A DNA stretch of 64,000 bases from Naegleria gruberi. Lineage: Eukaryota. The notes below the pieces were generated by a model. It was not told where the DNA came from and made no database searches. It worked only from the letters and a program-made list of their open reading frames with translations. Below, in pieces: positions 22,094-32,394 of this stretch. Each line of letters opens with the position of its first letter. Within the stretch, counting starts at the first letter, position 1. The DNA is taken from the NCBI GenBank assembly GCA_000004985.1, contig GG738880.1. The stretch is one strand, 5' to 3'. The position numbers and the translations under genes were made by a program.

Positions 22094-24748
22094 GTGATGA
22101 CTGATACTGATCAACAACTTCCCTCATCATCAAACAATACAGGGGGTGAAGGTTTTACAAGTCCGGAAGATGAATTGGATTGGGGAACTCTTTGTTCTCC
22201 AAATGGTTTGGAACATGAATTGATGACTTATGCTCCTTTAAAAAAGCTTTTGAACACAATTATTAAGAAAGTTTCATCACAAGATAAAAAACTTAGCTCT
22301 GTTGATGATAAAGTCTCGGACGCTGCAAAGCAAGCTTTGGATGCAAATGAAAAAGCTAAAAAGCTGAAAAGTCAGATAGATGCTTCAGAGCAGGAAAAGA
22401 TGGGTGATAAGGAAACGAACGACCTAAATGCTAAAACAGAAGCAGAGAAACATGAAAAGAGGCATAAGGATTTAATGGACAAAATCGGTGATTTGGAAAA
22501 ACAATTACAAGATTTAAAGAAGCAAAATGAAGATTTAAAACATAAGAATTCAGAATCCGAAGACAAGTTAAAGAGATTAGTTGGAGATGCATTAAAGACA
22601 ATGCAAACAATGAGTCAAATACCTCCTCAACCAACAAACACTAGTTCAGATGATGAAAAAAGAAACATTACAAGTAGTTCCAACAGAAGACCATTTACTC
22701 CAGAAGAGAACAAGAGAAACATTCAAGATGTTGAGGTGTTTAGTACCCCTGAGGTTGAAAAAACTGTACAACTCTACAAACCAGCAGATGATGAAGATAA
22801 TAGTACTTTGCAATCAGTGATTTTGTCTCTTCCAAAACATGGTAAGGTAACCCAATTTGATGACGAGGCTTCACCAACAGATGACATGTCAAATACTGAT
22901 ACTAATACTTCCAACAAACCAAAGAGTAGACCTACCTCTACAGCATCAGGTAAAAGAGGAAAAGATCTCAAAGATAGCAAGGAAAGACCTCCATCATCAC
23001 CTCAAAAGAAGATTAACTTTGCTCCAGCAGCTGTCACAGATCCTAATCATAGAATTAATTTTTCAGCAGACACTCAAACAGAAGGTGTTGTTGATCCATT
23101 CAAGTACAATGTTTATGATGTTAAAAATGATTTGGATAGAGCTCAAGTTTCTAGGGTAAAGGGAGTGTTATTGTCACAACTAAATGATTTGCAAAGAGAA
23201 TTGGATGATGCAAAGAAGAAGGAAAAGGATGATGTTGATTTGCTTTTGGATCAAATTCTAGGTATCAAAAATCAAGTCAATTCTATTAACAAAAAACTGG
23301 ACTTGGCTCAAAAATTAAAGGGACAAGATAAGAATACATCCACCGATAATCTTTATGAAGAAGGCTTGCTTGACGTTCAATTAGATGAAGGTAAAAATGT
23401 TAAAGTATTCATTCCACCAAAAACTGAAGAATTGGATTCATCAGTTACTGATTCAATTAATGAATTACTTGGAAAGATTGATTACTTGGAAAATAGGTTA
23501 GCTGATGCAACAAGGAGAATCGACGATTTGGAAAATAGACCTCAACCAGCCTTTTTTGATGACCACGAAGAATTAGAGAAACCAGAAAAATCAAATACAC
23601 CTTTCATGAATACAAGGGAAACAGTGGATGCATCAACCTCTCCATTCCAAAAGAAAAAGGAAGATACTGACAACCGAACAGGCACTCCTTCCGAAAGACC
23701 TGAATCAAGCAGTGATGATTTTGTTAGCAATAAGGACTTGAAGAAACTGGAGAAGAAGCTCATGTATTACATTACAACACATGATATGTCCAATGATTTG
23801 AATAATCAAATTCAAGAGCTAATCAAGCAATTAGAGTCAGTAGAAGATAGACTTGCTCAGAAATGTGACATCGCTTCCACTCCGAATCATCAACAATTTA
23901 AAGACATTGAAGACATGGTTTTGAAAAAGGCAGACAGAGAGGAAGTACATAACATGATTGAAAAGCTTAAGAATGATTCTGACAAACAACCAACCATCGT
24001 TCAAAGACCATTCTCTCCACAAGAGGACAGAAACCCATCTTCACCGAACACTAAGGTTGAATCATCAGGAATTGATCAAGCTGATTTGAAGAAGATTAAG
24101 GATGCTTTGAACAATTTATCTTCTCAACTCTCACAACTTTCCAAGATGAAAGCAGACAAGATAGATGTATTTAAAGAACTTAGTGAGAAGAAGGAACAAA
24201 TTGATAGACTGGATCAAACCAAGTCAGATGCAAATATTGTTGCCAGAAAGGCTGAAAGAGAATATGTTGATTCATTATTTAACAAGTTGAAGAAGGACTT
24301 GGAAAACTCAATTTCCATGACCAATACTCACACAGCAGACCTTTTGGCAAAAGATCTCGAATTCCTGAAAAGGTTGATCGAAGATAAGGCTGATAGCGAT
24401 GAAATAAGAAGGATTAAGGAATACCTAAACCAAGCATTTGATAACAAGACTGAAAAGGATGGAGATGGCCTTGCATCTAGTCAAGCTTTCAAATGTCTCT
24501 CATGTAATAGAGCATTGAAAGGAATGAAGATGAGACCACAATCTCTTAACTTTGATAATTTTATCAGTCACTTACCACCTCCAAAACAAAAAGTCAATCC
24601 AAGAAAACAATTTTTGAATGACTCTCTGACAAAATCGTCTGTTCAAATTCCTTCCTCAATACTAGATGATGGAAGAAAGAATAGGTCTGCAGCAGAACAT
24701 TTACCAGAACTTAAAAAGTCTGGAACTGCTGCTAGTAGTAATTTGTAA
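22094..24748 (+). CDS. Large coiled-coil protein (hypothetical)
   Basis: 884-aa ORF dominated by heptad-like charged repeats, for example LEKQLQDLKKQNEDLKHKNSESEDKLKRL. I recognised no catalytic domain. Confidence 0.55.
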   Translation: MMTDTDQQLPSSSNNTGGEGFTSPEDELDWGTLCSPNGLEHELMTYAPLKKLLNTIIKKVSSQDKKLSSVDDKVSDAAKQALDANEKAKKLKSQIDASEQEKMGDKETNDLNAKTEAEKHEKRHKDLMDKIGDLEKQLQDLKKQNEDLKHKNSESEDKLKRLVGDALKTMQTMSQIPPQPTNTSSDDEKRNITSSSNRRPFTPEENKRNIQDVEVFSTPEVEKTVQLYKPADDEDNSTLQSVILSLPKHGKVTQFDDEASPTDDMSNTDTNTSNKPKSRPTSTASGKRGKDLKDSKERPPSSPQKKINFAPAAVTDPNHRINFSADTQTEGVVDPFKYNVYDVKNDLDRAQVSRVKGVLLSQLNDLQRELDDAKKKEKDDVDLLLDQILGIKNQVNSINKKLDLAQKLKGQDKNTSTDNLYEEGLLDVQLDEGKNVKVFIPPKTEELDSSVTDSINELLGKIDYLENRLADATRRIDDLENRPQPAFFDDHEELEKPEKSNTPFMNTRETVDASTSPFQKKKEDTDNRTGTPSERPESSSDDFVSNKDLKKLEKKLMYYITTHDMSNDLNNQIQELIKQLESVEDRLAQKCDIASTPNHQQFKDIEDMVLKKADREEVHNMIEKLKNDSDKQPTIVQRPFSPQEDRNPSSPNTKVESSGIDQADLKKIKDALNNLSSQLSQLSKMKADKIDVFKELSEKKEQIDRLDQTKSDANIVARKAEREYVDSLFNKLKKDLENSISMTNTHTADLLAKDLEFLKRLIEDKADSDEIRRIKEYLNQAFDNKTEKDGDGLASSQAFKCLSCNRALKGMKMRPQSLNFDNFISHLPPPKQKVNPRKQFLNDSLTKSSVQIPSSILDDGRKNRSAAEHLPELKKSGTAASSNL

Positions 24749-24949
24749 ATAAAATCTCTAAGTATTGAATTATTATTTACGGCAGAGTCAATGATGAAAT
24801 GAATCACATTAAGATGGCTAGAAATAAAATTTACAGAAAAGGGAAAATTAGGGGCAAAGGTAGGTATGGTTTAATTTACAAATTCATTACATTACAGATT
24901 AATTACACAAGTCCTCAAAATACATTTCCGAGGAGTTTCAATAATAAAT

Positions 24950-25414
24950 CTACTTCTTTAAATTTTCTTTGATTAATTGTTTTAAATTTTGTAATTCTTG
25001 TTGTACTTCCAGTCTTCCTTTTCTTTCTTCGTCTAAACTCTTTTCAAGCATTTCTATTTTTTTCTTACTCTCTTCATCTAATGCACTCCTGTTGGACCTA
25101 TTGGACAAATTGGAGCGTTGAGAATTGATTGAATTATTCGATTTATAGGACTTTACCGAAGATCTAGTGGAGAACATTTCATCTTCATCTTGTTGGGATC
25201 GCTGAGAGAAGTCACCACCATTCTTTTTTCTATCTACAGGGGATAACAAATGTGGAAGTCCTTGGGATTTAAATCCTGGAGGAACATTTGAAGGAGCCTT
25301 AGAATTATTCATTTCTCTTGCCAAAACATAAGAATTAATAAAACTGAGAGCAGCCTTATCCTCGTGAACGCATCTTTCCTTCCATGCTTGAGCTTCTCTA
25401 ATATGATTCGACAT
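24950..25414 (-). CDS. Hypothetical protein with a Ser/Asn-rich middle region and a coiled-coil C-terminus
   Basis: 154-aa ORF with no competing ORF on the other strand. The C-terminus is EESKKKIEMLEKSLDEERKGRLEVQQELQNLKQLI. Confidence 0.35.
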   Translation of the reverse strand: MSNHIREAQAWKERCVHEDKAALSFINSYVLAREMNNSKAPSNVPPGFKSQGLPHLLSPVDRKKNGGDFSQRSQQDEDEMFSTRSSVKSYKSNNSINSQRSNLSNRSNRSALDEESKKKIEMLEKSLDEERKGRLEVQQELQNLKQLIKENLKK

Positions 25415-26119
25415 TGTTTTCTATTCCGTAGTGCTACTGCAATATAATAAATTAAAGAATTTGTGTCAGCTCAATGAGAGAGGTTGAAAAAACAATTGTT
25501 GTTATTTTTTTTGAGTTGTTCATGAAGCCAAGCTGTAGATGCCTTCTAAAAGAGAAGTCATTCAAGCGAGCGAGCCACACACTGCAAGAGACAAAAATAA
25601 TAGAACATCACAACCACTTGAATGTTGCTTCTCGCAACAACGAGAGTTGATTTTTGCCTGACTCATCTCAATCCATTAAAGGCTTCGTTGATTGCCTACT
25701 GGAGTGGAGTTCCATAGAGTCAATTAACATTGAAGGCTCCGTAAGAGAGATATTATTTGACCACCAGAGAATGGTATTGTCTCTATTAATTGATGATATA
25801 AAGTTGATGGATGTTGGTGTTTACAAAATATCTCATAACAATATAGATTATTAGATTTGTAATATAAATTACACTTGAAGGAGAGTATTGAATGGTGAAA
25901 TGAATGGCTTATTTTGGATACTGATCAATGTATTCAAATATGGACAAGAGTTTTTTCTTTTATGAATTGTTGCAGAGTTTTAAACATTTCACAATTCAGA
26001 TAATGAAAATCAAGCTATGGTTATTTAAATTGTTGTAATCTTGGGACTGTTGCTATCCACTTAAAGATTACCTCTAAAAAGGAACAAGTCCTCCAATAGC
26101 AACTAACCAAGTAGTTCCT

Positions 26120-26866
26120 GTGCTATCTTCGAGAATGTATATATATTCGAAAGGAAGTAAGTGTGATGTTACCAAATCGATTAACCTTCCGTCTTTAGAT
26201 GGTTCCCTCATTGAGTTCATTCAAAACAAAAAAATGTCTAATCCACTCAATTCATTTCGAATGGGAACTCAATCATCACCAACAACTGCACAAAAAACCA
26301 ATACTGTGAATATGCTAAGTGAGAATGAACAATTTCCTGTGGAGATTAACACTGCCTCAGAAATTGAGAGTTCTACCTTCAAAAGTCAATCAGAAGCAAG
26401 TCCTACTGCAAATGAACAATCTCCCTCTACAGTTTCTAAACTCAAAAGCTTTTTCAAAAAGAGAAGACACTCCACACCCAATAATTCTACGTTAACCACT
26501 GAAGAACCAAGCATTAATAATCGTACTAGTAGTGAACAAACTCCAACCTCACCAGCATTCACATTTCAAAACGATAAACTCTCACTCCATGTAACTTTCA
26601 AAGAGGATCACAACAAGCAGAATAGAATTCGCTCATCACCAGTTCCTTTGTCAACCCTCAATGCAATTTTAGCTTCAAACCCTCTCGATGAAGCATTTGA
26701 GAATCTGCAAGGAGAGAAATCCTCTCCCAACGATAATAAGGCAAAGAGTAAAAAACCGCGGCATAACTACAGTAAATTCTCCAGGAGGAAGAAGAAACAT
26801 CACCTCAATCAAGAAGGGGAAGGAATGAATGATACTAATACTCTTATGGAACCTCCTACTACGTAG
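26120..26866 (+). CDS. Hypothetical Ser/Thr-rich low-complexity protein. It could instead be an N-terminal part of the downstream GRAM/VASt gene separated by a frame change.
   Basis: 248-aa ORF ending 62 bp before the ATG of the next gene. It is in frame +2 relative to that gene, and I found no GT..AG intron of suitable length to join them. Confidence 0.3.
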   Translation: MLSSRMYIYSKGSKCDVTKSINLPSLDGSLIEFIQNKKMSNPLNSFRMGTQSSPTTAQKTNTVNMLSENEQFPVEINTASEIESSTFKSQSEASPTANEQSPSTVSKLKSFFKKRRHSTPNNSTLTTEEPSINNRTSSEQTPTSPAFTFQNDKLSLHVTFKEDHNKQNRIRSSPVPLSTLNAILASNPLDEAFENLQGEKSSPNDNKAKSKKPRHNYSKFSRRKKKHHLNQEGEGMNDTNTLMEPPTT

Positions 26867-26927
26867 TAATTTAATAATCAGTAGTGGCGCACAGAATTGT
26901 CGAACAGCCGATCCATTATTTGAGGAC

Positions 26928-29763
26928 ATGCTTCGAAATCCGACCCAAGTATCTTCTTCAGCCACCAGCAACGACACTTCATTTGCCTCTAATTTAAAAA
27001 AAACAGAACCTCCAACTTCAACAGCTATTGTTCCCAACAATAATACATCACCACTCCATCAAGGCGATCAGTGTATCAATTTCGGAGCAGCAACAACAAA
27101 CAATATAGTAAATTGTACTACAACAACAAATTTGAGAGGAGGAACTCAACAAACAATTGCGATGGCAATGGATAAAGTTGAACCTGTTTCAAGTGGTTTT
27201 GGTGTTGGATTGGTTGATACGGAAAATTTTGTAAATACAAAACAAGTTGGCAATCAGAGAATGATTTCGACAACCACCTCTCCTGTGGTTATTAAAAAAG
27301 AAGGAACCAAACAATTAGATAACATGATTGAGGATTTTCTATTAACTAAAAGTTCAAGTTCGACTGCTCATGACGAAATTACTCCAAATAGAAATGCAAT
27401 TATTGAAGAAGAGGAAAGTAGTGATGAGGATTATAGTGACGAGGATAACAGTGACCATAGCGATGAAGAATCTAATGAAGAAGAAGAAAGATCTTCAGAA
27501 TCTGAAGATCTTGAGGAAACAAAACCAAATTTAGATACTAGTACGTTGAGTCAAACAAATAATGAGAATCAAGCAGGAACTGATGTAGATGATCCTCTAG
27601 CTGTTAAAACAATGATTTCACCTCAAGATTTACAAACCATTTCATATGAGGTAAATGAGAAATTGAATGAATCTGTACAAAAAGAATTCGATCTCAGTAA
27701 GGAGGAACAAGTATTGGATTCATTCTTGTGTGCCTACTATGAAAGCAAAATGCCTCAACAAGGTAAAATGTACATTACTCAAAATTACATTTGTTTTTCA
27801 TCCAATATTTTTGGGTATAAGATTTGTGTAAGTATTTGGAAAGTAGATTAGTAATTAATTATTATCAAATTATTATCAGTTAGTTATTTCTTTCAGTGAT
27901 GTTAAAAGCATTGAAAAAAAGATGACAGCAATGATAATTCCTAACGCTATTGAGATTTTCCTTAAAGATGGTTCTTCACACTTTTTTGGATCGTTTGTAT
28001 TCAGAGATAATGTTTACAAGGTTTTACTTGCCCTTTATTCATTGCATGCAAAGGCAAGAGGAAACATTTTAATAAGTCTTCGATCAGCTAATAATGTCTT
28101 GCAAGCTGTTAATACTCCTAACATCAAACCACCAAATCTCACTACCGATTCTTCCTATGTCACTGAAGAGGATGACAATGAAGATGAGGAAGAAGAGTTA
28201 GAAACTGAAGATGAAACTGAAGAAGAAGATGAAAGCGAAGAAGAAGAGAATACCTCCGAGAGTGATGAGCCAATTGTAATCAATAAGGTTACAAATATTC
28301 CAGTCGAATCTATGGCAAAAGGTGCTGCCGATACCAACCAATCCCAACCAAAAGCTAATGGAGAGGCCTCAAAGAGCAAAGCTAATAATGGAGGTGAGGA
28401 AAAAGAAAATGGAAATCAAACTAATGGAAATAATGAAGAAAAGAGAGCAAATGATAACTCAGAAAATAATAATGGCAACAATAATGGAAACAACCCAAAC
28501 AATAATCAAAACAATGCTCCGAATGGAAATGGAGAAGAGCAAGAAGAAGAGGAAGAAGAAGAAGAATGTCAGCTGCCAGAAGAGGAAGAGAAAATAACTG
28601 GAATTAATGATCTTCCTGGTGGTGAATTCTTTGCTGATCCAGACAAATTCAAACCAAAAGAAATTGCCGCAGAAGTACTTCCAGTCAGTATTTTTGATGC
28701 TTGGTTCTTGCTTAAATCAGATAATACCAACTTCCAACTCGAACATCACAAGTCCAGAGAAGAAACAAGTGTACAATATTCTTCATATGTTAAACTTGCT
28801 GGTTCTCCTGGCTTGATGAGAAAGGTGGCCTTCATAGCCAAAGTTAATAACTCCCTTGGGCCAAAGAGTACTAGAATTGAATGCGTAGAAAGAGCTGTTC
28901 TCTGTAAAGGAAAGAAGAGAATAATCAACCAAACCTCATCTAGTAGTTTAGATGTTCCATTCAGTGATACATTCAAAATTCAAAACTATTGGATTTTCGA
29001 GGATATCGATGGAAAGTCTTGCACTCTTAAAATCTATAGTGGAGTTCACTTTTTGAAATCATCCCTCCTTAGATGGAAAATTGAAGATGCTGGTGATAAG
29101 GAATCAAAACAGGCCTTAACTGTTTGGTTAGCTCAAGCTAAGGAAGCTGTTGCTAATGCCAAATCAGCTGGTAATTTGCATTCCCTCAAAAAGGGAAAGC
29201 CTCGTAAAAAGAAGGCAACTACCAAAGATACAAAGAAACGATCAAAGAGAAAGACTTCAGAAGTTAAACCACAGGCTACTGCCGTCGCTTTTGCAACTGA
29301 AAATCCTTTTGCAAGTACATCTGCTCCAGCACCTGAGATTGAATTAGATTTAATGACTAAGACTCTCAATTTTGTGTTTGGAATACCAGGGTATCTTTCT
29401 GCTAACATCACTTTACCTGCCTGGCTGTTACTAACTGTTATAATAGCCTTATTATTCTTACTATTTTCGCAGCAATATACAATCATACAGACAATGAAAC
29501 AAGTAGAATATAATGTACAGACCTACAAACAACAGACAATACTTTTCGAACAAGAACTTAATCATTTGGTATTCAATTTAGCTAATGTTAATGCAACAGC
29601 ATTGTCAGAAAACAGTCAGAACCTACAAAATCAAATAGCTAATTGGTTGACTGCAAGGAATGAGCTCTATAAGATGCATATAGACAATGACTTGCTGCAT
29701 TCATTACTGTATGAGTTATCTGAAATTAAGAAAATTATGCACAAAAAAGATGGGAATGGTTGA
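26928..29763 (+). CDS. GRAM + VASt domain sterol-transfer protein (GRAMD1/Aster/Lam/Ysp2-like) with a C-terminal TM anchor. Exons 26928..27827 and 27880..29763, intron 27828..27879 (52 nt).
   Basis: The GRAM domain MYITQNYICFSSNIFGYKIC|LVISFSDVKSIEKKMTAMIIPNAIEIF aligns residue-for-residue in length with GRAMD1A LYLSENWICFYSNIFRWETLLTVRLKDICSMTKEKTARLIPNAIQV once the TGT|gtaagt...ttatcag| intron is removed. A VASt-like region follows (FFADPDKF...FDAWFLLKSDNTNF...NYWIFEDIDGKSCTLKIY). The TM anchor is LPAWLLLTVIIALLFLLF. Confidence 0.7.
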
Positions 29764-29785
29764 ATAAACGACTAAGCAATGAGTT

Positions 29786-30847
29786 TTATCCAGTCTTTTT
29801 GTGTTCCTTATGCTTTTGATAGGAAACAAATATATCATACATTAAACCAATGAAAACAATAAGAACACCAGACCATTGAACGCCAGACATGTGGTGACCA
29901 AAAGTGAAAACAGACCACAAAATGGTAAAGAATTTTCTGGTTGTTGTAATGATAGAGAGCTCAAGAGTTCCAAAACTTGCAATGCACCAAAAGATGAAAA
30001 TTTGTCCAAGAGCCATAGTAATACAGAAGATGGCAATATGTTGAATAATCTCTGGATGATTCATACAGAATTCAACTGCTGGGAAGAATTGACCAGTATA
30101 AAACATAGCAATACCAACAAAAATACTGGCATATAAATTCATATTAAGCATCAAGTCATCACTTGTTGGCTTATGTTCCAATGTTCTCATAAGATCTTGA
30201 ATAGAGTTTGTGAAACCATCAGCTGCCAATGAGACAATCAATAATAATAATCCGTAAGTGTTGTTCTCATTTTCACTGTCTTCCTTGTGCTTATGTCCAA
30301 ATCTATCAATCATAAATACTGAAATACCAACTGTTGTCATGAGGACAGCAACAATTCTTGAGAAGGAATATTGTTTTTTAGCAACTAGCATACCCATAAT
30401 CATAACTGGAATCATTTTACAAGATTTAGCCAAAACTTGAGTTGGGTAATTAACATAAATTAAAGCAGCATTACTTGAACTAGAGGCAATAACGTATGCC
30501 AATGAAGCTCCAATATAATAATATCTTGGAACAACACTCTTTCTTCCACGTTCACTAGGGTATAACCTAAGTTTACCAAAAGCAGTAATATAATTTAAAA
30601 CACATTGTAAAAACACCAAAAATAGAGGAAAGTTAAAATAACTATCACCGTAAGGTCTTCTAGTAATTTGCTCTTGATAGGATGACATGGCCATAAAAGT
30701 GGCATAAATACCAACTACAACTTGAATCAACTCAAAAGATGACTTGAGGAAAGACTTGTGATGATCGGAACGATTATGTGCTGTATTTGGACTCTTTCCA
30801 GTCTCCACATCTTCTTGGTTCATTGATTGAGCAAAATGTCCTTCCAT
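29786..30847 (-). CDS. Nucleotide-sugar transporter, SLC35B-type (UAA family; UDP-galactose/PAPS transporter-like). A possible extra 5' exon at 31147..30973 is spliced across a 72-nt intron at 30901..30972.
   Basis: A protein with roughly ten TM helices and nucleotide-sugar-transporter-like spacing, ending in a C-terminal KxK basic tail. The ORF-track start at 30862 is a GTG, and the first ATG is at 30847. The upstream ORF 30947..31147 ends AATG|gtaggt, and acceptor aataatag| reads in frame into this ORF. Confidence 0.65.
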   Translation of the reverse strand: MEGHFAQSMNQEDVETGKSPNTAHNRSDHHKSFLKSSFELIQVVVGIYATFMAMSSYQEQITRRPYGDSYFNFPLFLVFLQCVLNYITAFGKLRLYPSERGRKSVVPRYYYIGASLAYVIASSSSNAALIYVNYPTQVLAKSCKMIPVMIMGMLVAKKQYSFSRIVAVLMTTVGISVFMIDRFGHKHKEDSENENNTYGLLLLIVSLAADGFTNSIQDLMRTLEHKPTSDDLMLNMNLYASIFVGIAMFYTGQFFPAVEFCMNHPEIIQHIAIFCITMALGQIFIFWCIASFGTLELSIITTTRKFFTILWSVFTFGHHMSGVQWSGVLIVFIGLMYDIFVSYQKHKEHKKTG

Positions 30848-31621
30848 CGGAAAGTTTGCCACAGAAACACTTCTCGGTAATTCCTCATCATCAAAATTTA
30901 CTATTATTCATACAAAAAATTAAAACAACATTTATAATGATTATAATCATCCCCACATTACAATAAACCTACCATTTGTATATTCCGTATTGTTATCGAC
31001 TCGTTGTGTTTGTTGCGTGTGTCTTTTATTTATACCAACATGATTCACTCGTTGTTGCATTTTTTTTTTCGGAATGTTTTGATAATTGATGTTTTCTTCT
31101 TGCTGTTTTGCGCACGTGTCTTTTTTCATACCAAATTTTAAAGCCATTTTCTGTTATGTTAAGAGGAAGAGCCATTTAGGTGATATGAATGAGTGAGGAA
31201 TTGATTTGGTGGATATGGATTGACTTGAAAATGGTTCTGTTTCGAATAATAAACGAATTGATAAAGAGTAAACTTTATTGAGTGAATGAGAAATATTAAA
31301 TAGGCAAGGAATGAAGAACCTTGATCATTTGAATCCTAACACTTGTTGGACAATTGCATGAATTGATATAGAAACTGATCCATAGTACAATTACCACCTT
31401 AATCAAATGAGTGACTCTAGTCTCTAGAATATTTGAATGGCTGGTTCAAGGCGATGCAATTCCAATGGAAGTTCCGTAAAAAGCACAATCGGAATCGAGA
31501 TCACAACATGTTGGAAACCATTTTTGAATGCAAGCTAAATTTGTTTGTATTGTAAACGGAATTACAAAATTTTAATTTTAAAATTTCCAAAAAAGTTTCC
31601 TCGGAATTTGAGATACAGGAC

Positions 31622-31627
31622 TATAAA
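31622..31627 (+). promoter_or_regulatory. Candidate TATA box (TATAAA) ~90 bp upstream of the hsp20 ATG. The same motif is present in copy 2 at about 34776.
   Basis: ctataaattc precedes an A-rich leader. The position suits a core promoter. I found no perfect heat-shock-element triplet, only imperfect GAA/TTC patterns near 31425 and 31479. Confidence 0.3.
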
Positions 31628-31715
31628 TTCAATCACAACACTCTAATCCTTATTTTACACAACAAAAAAAACAAATAATACACAATCACTACTGCAAAAC
31701 AAGCAATATCTGAAA

Positions 31716-32183
31716 ATGAGCTCCAACAATCATCACAATAATAAGCAATTGGCCAGACAACACAGAACCAATAATTGGGTTGATACTTTCTTTGATGATC
31801 CATTCTTGAGAGCATTTGATAGATTTGATGATAGATTAGTTCCTGAATTTAAACCAACTACTGATGTTTCTGAAACTGCAAATGAAGTTAAAATTGTTTG
31901 TAATGTTCCTGGTATGACAAAGGATGATTTAAAGATTGATATTGATGAAGAGCATAGAACCATGACTGTCAGTGGTCATGTTGAAAAGGAAAAGAAGGAA
32001 GATAATGAAAGATATCACTGTGTTGAAAGATCACATGGTTCTTTCAGTAGAACTGTCTATTTACCACCAAATGCTGATTTTGATAAGGTCAAGGCAGCTT
32101 TGGAACATGGTGTTTTGAGAGTTACTATTCCAAAAGTAGTTGAAGAACCAAAGAAAAAGACCAGATCAATTGATATTCAATAA
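31716..32183 (+). CDS. Small heat-shock protein (Hsp20/alpha-crystallin domain), copy 1
   Basis: 155 aa. The alpha-crystallin domain is EVKIVCNVPGMTKDDLKIDIDEEHRTMTVSGHVEKEKKEDNERYHCVERSHGSFSRTVYLPPNADFDKVKAALEHGVLRVTIPK. The translation is identical to copy 2. Confidence 0.9.
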   Translation: MSSNNHHNNKQLARQHRTNNWVDTFFDDPFLRAFDRFDDRLVPEFKPTTDVSETANEVKIVCNVPGMTKDDLKIDIDEEHRTMTVSGHVEKEKKEDNERYHCVERSHGSFSRTVYLPPNADFDKVKAALEHGVLRVTIPKVVEEPKKKTRSIDIQ

Positions 32184-32341
32184 TTGTTACTATTTTGTAA
32201 ATAAATTTTTTGTAAAAATACGACCAATAAATTCTTTAAATTAATCTCTTTATTGTAAATTACGTTTACTTGGACTAGTTGGTGGTCGAACATCAACATC
32301 TTCGGCCAAGCTACTGCTTTGAAATAATCCAAATGATTTAC

Positions 32342-32391
32342 NNNNNNNNNNNNNNNNNNNNNNNNNNNNNNNNNNNNNNNNNNNNNNNNNN
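32342..32391. other. Assembly gap (50 N)
   Basis: A run of N directly in the sequence. It interrupts duplicated copy 1 and precedes the 5'-open ORF at 32395. Confidence 1.
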
Positions 32392-32394
32392 TTA

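Larger units (their letters stand above)
31121..32341. repeat. Copy 1 of a >=1.2-kb duplicated block: hsp20 promoter, hsp20 CDS, 3' flank and a 3' fragment of the ankyrin gene. It is truncated by the N gap.
   Basis: About 98-99% identical to 34273..35493. Differences are scattered single-base changes and indels (e.g. gtgatatg/gttgatatg and caatatctg/caacaactg). Both copies start within the first 27 nt of the possible SLC35B exon 1. Confidence 0.85.

Noticed and set aside
22372-23763. Several 60-100-aa ORFs on both strands inside the coiled-coil gene (22372..22566, 22431..22637, 22774..22980, 22857..23159, 23542..23763)
   Set aside because: They are embedded in or antisense to the 884-aa ORF and are low-complexity. 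They have no independent support.
26829-26930. A short intron joining the 26120 ORF to the GRAM/VASt gene
   Set aside because: The only GT..AG candidates give 19-32-nt introns or the wrong phase. The shortest intron I could place elsewhere in this window is 41 nt.
31400-31620. Heat-shock elements upstream of hsp20
   Set aside because: I found only imperfect GAA/TTC alternations (e.g. GGAAGTTCC and AGAATATTTGAA). None is a clean nGAAnnTTCnnGAAn triplet, so I did not call one. I annotated only the TATAAA box, at low confidence.
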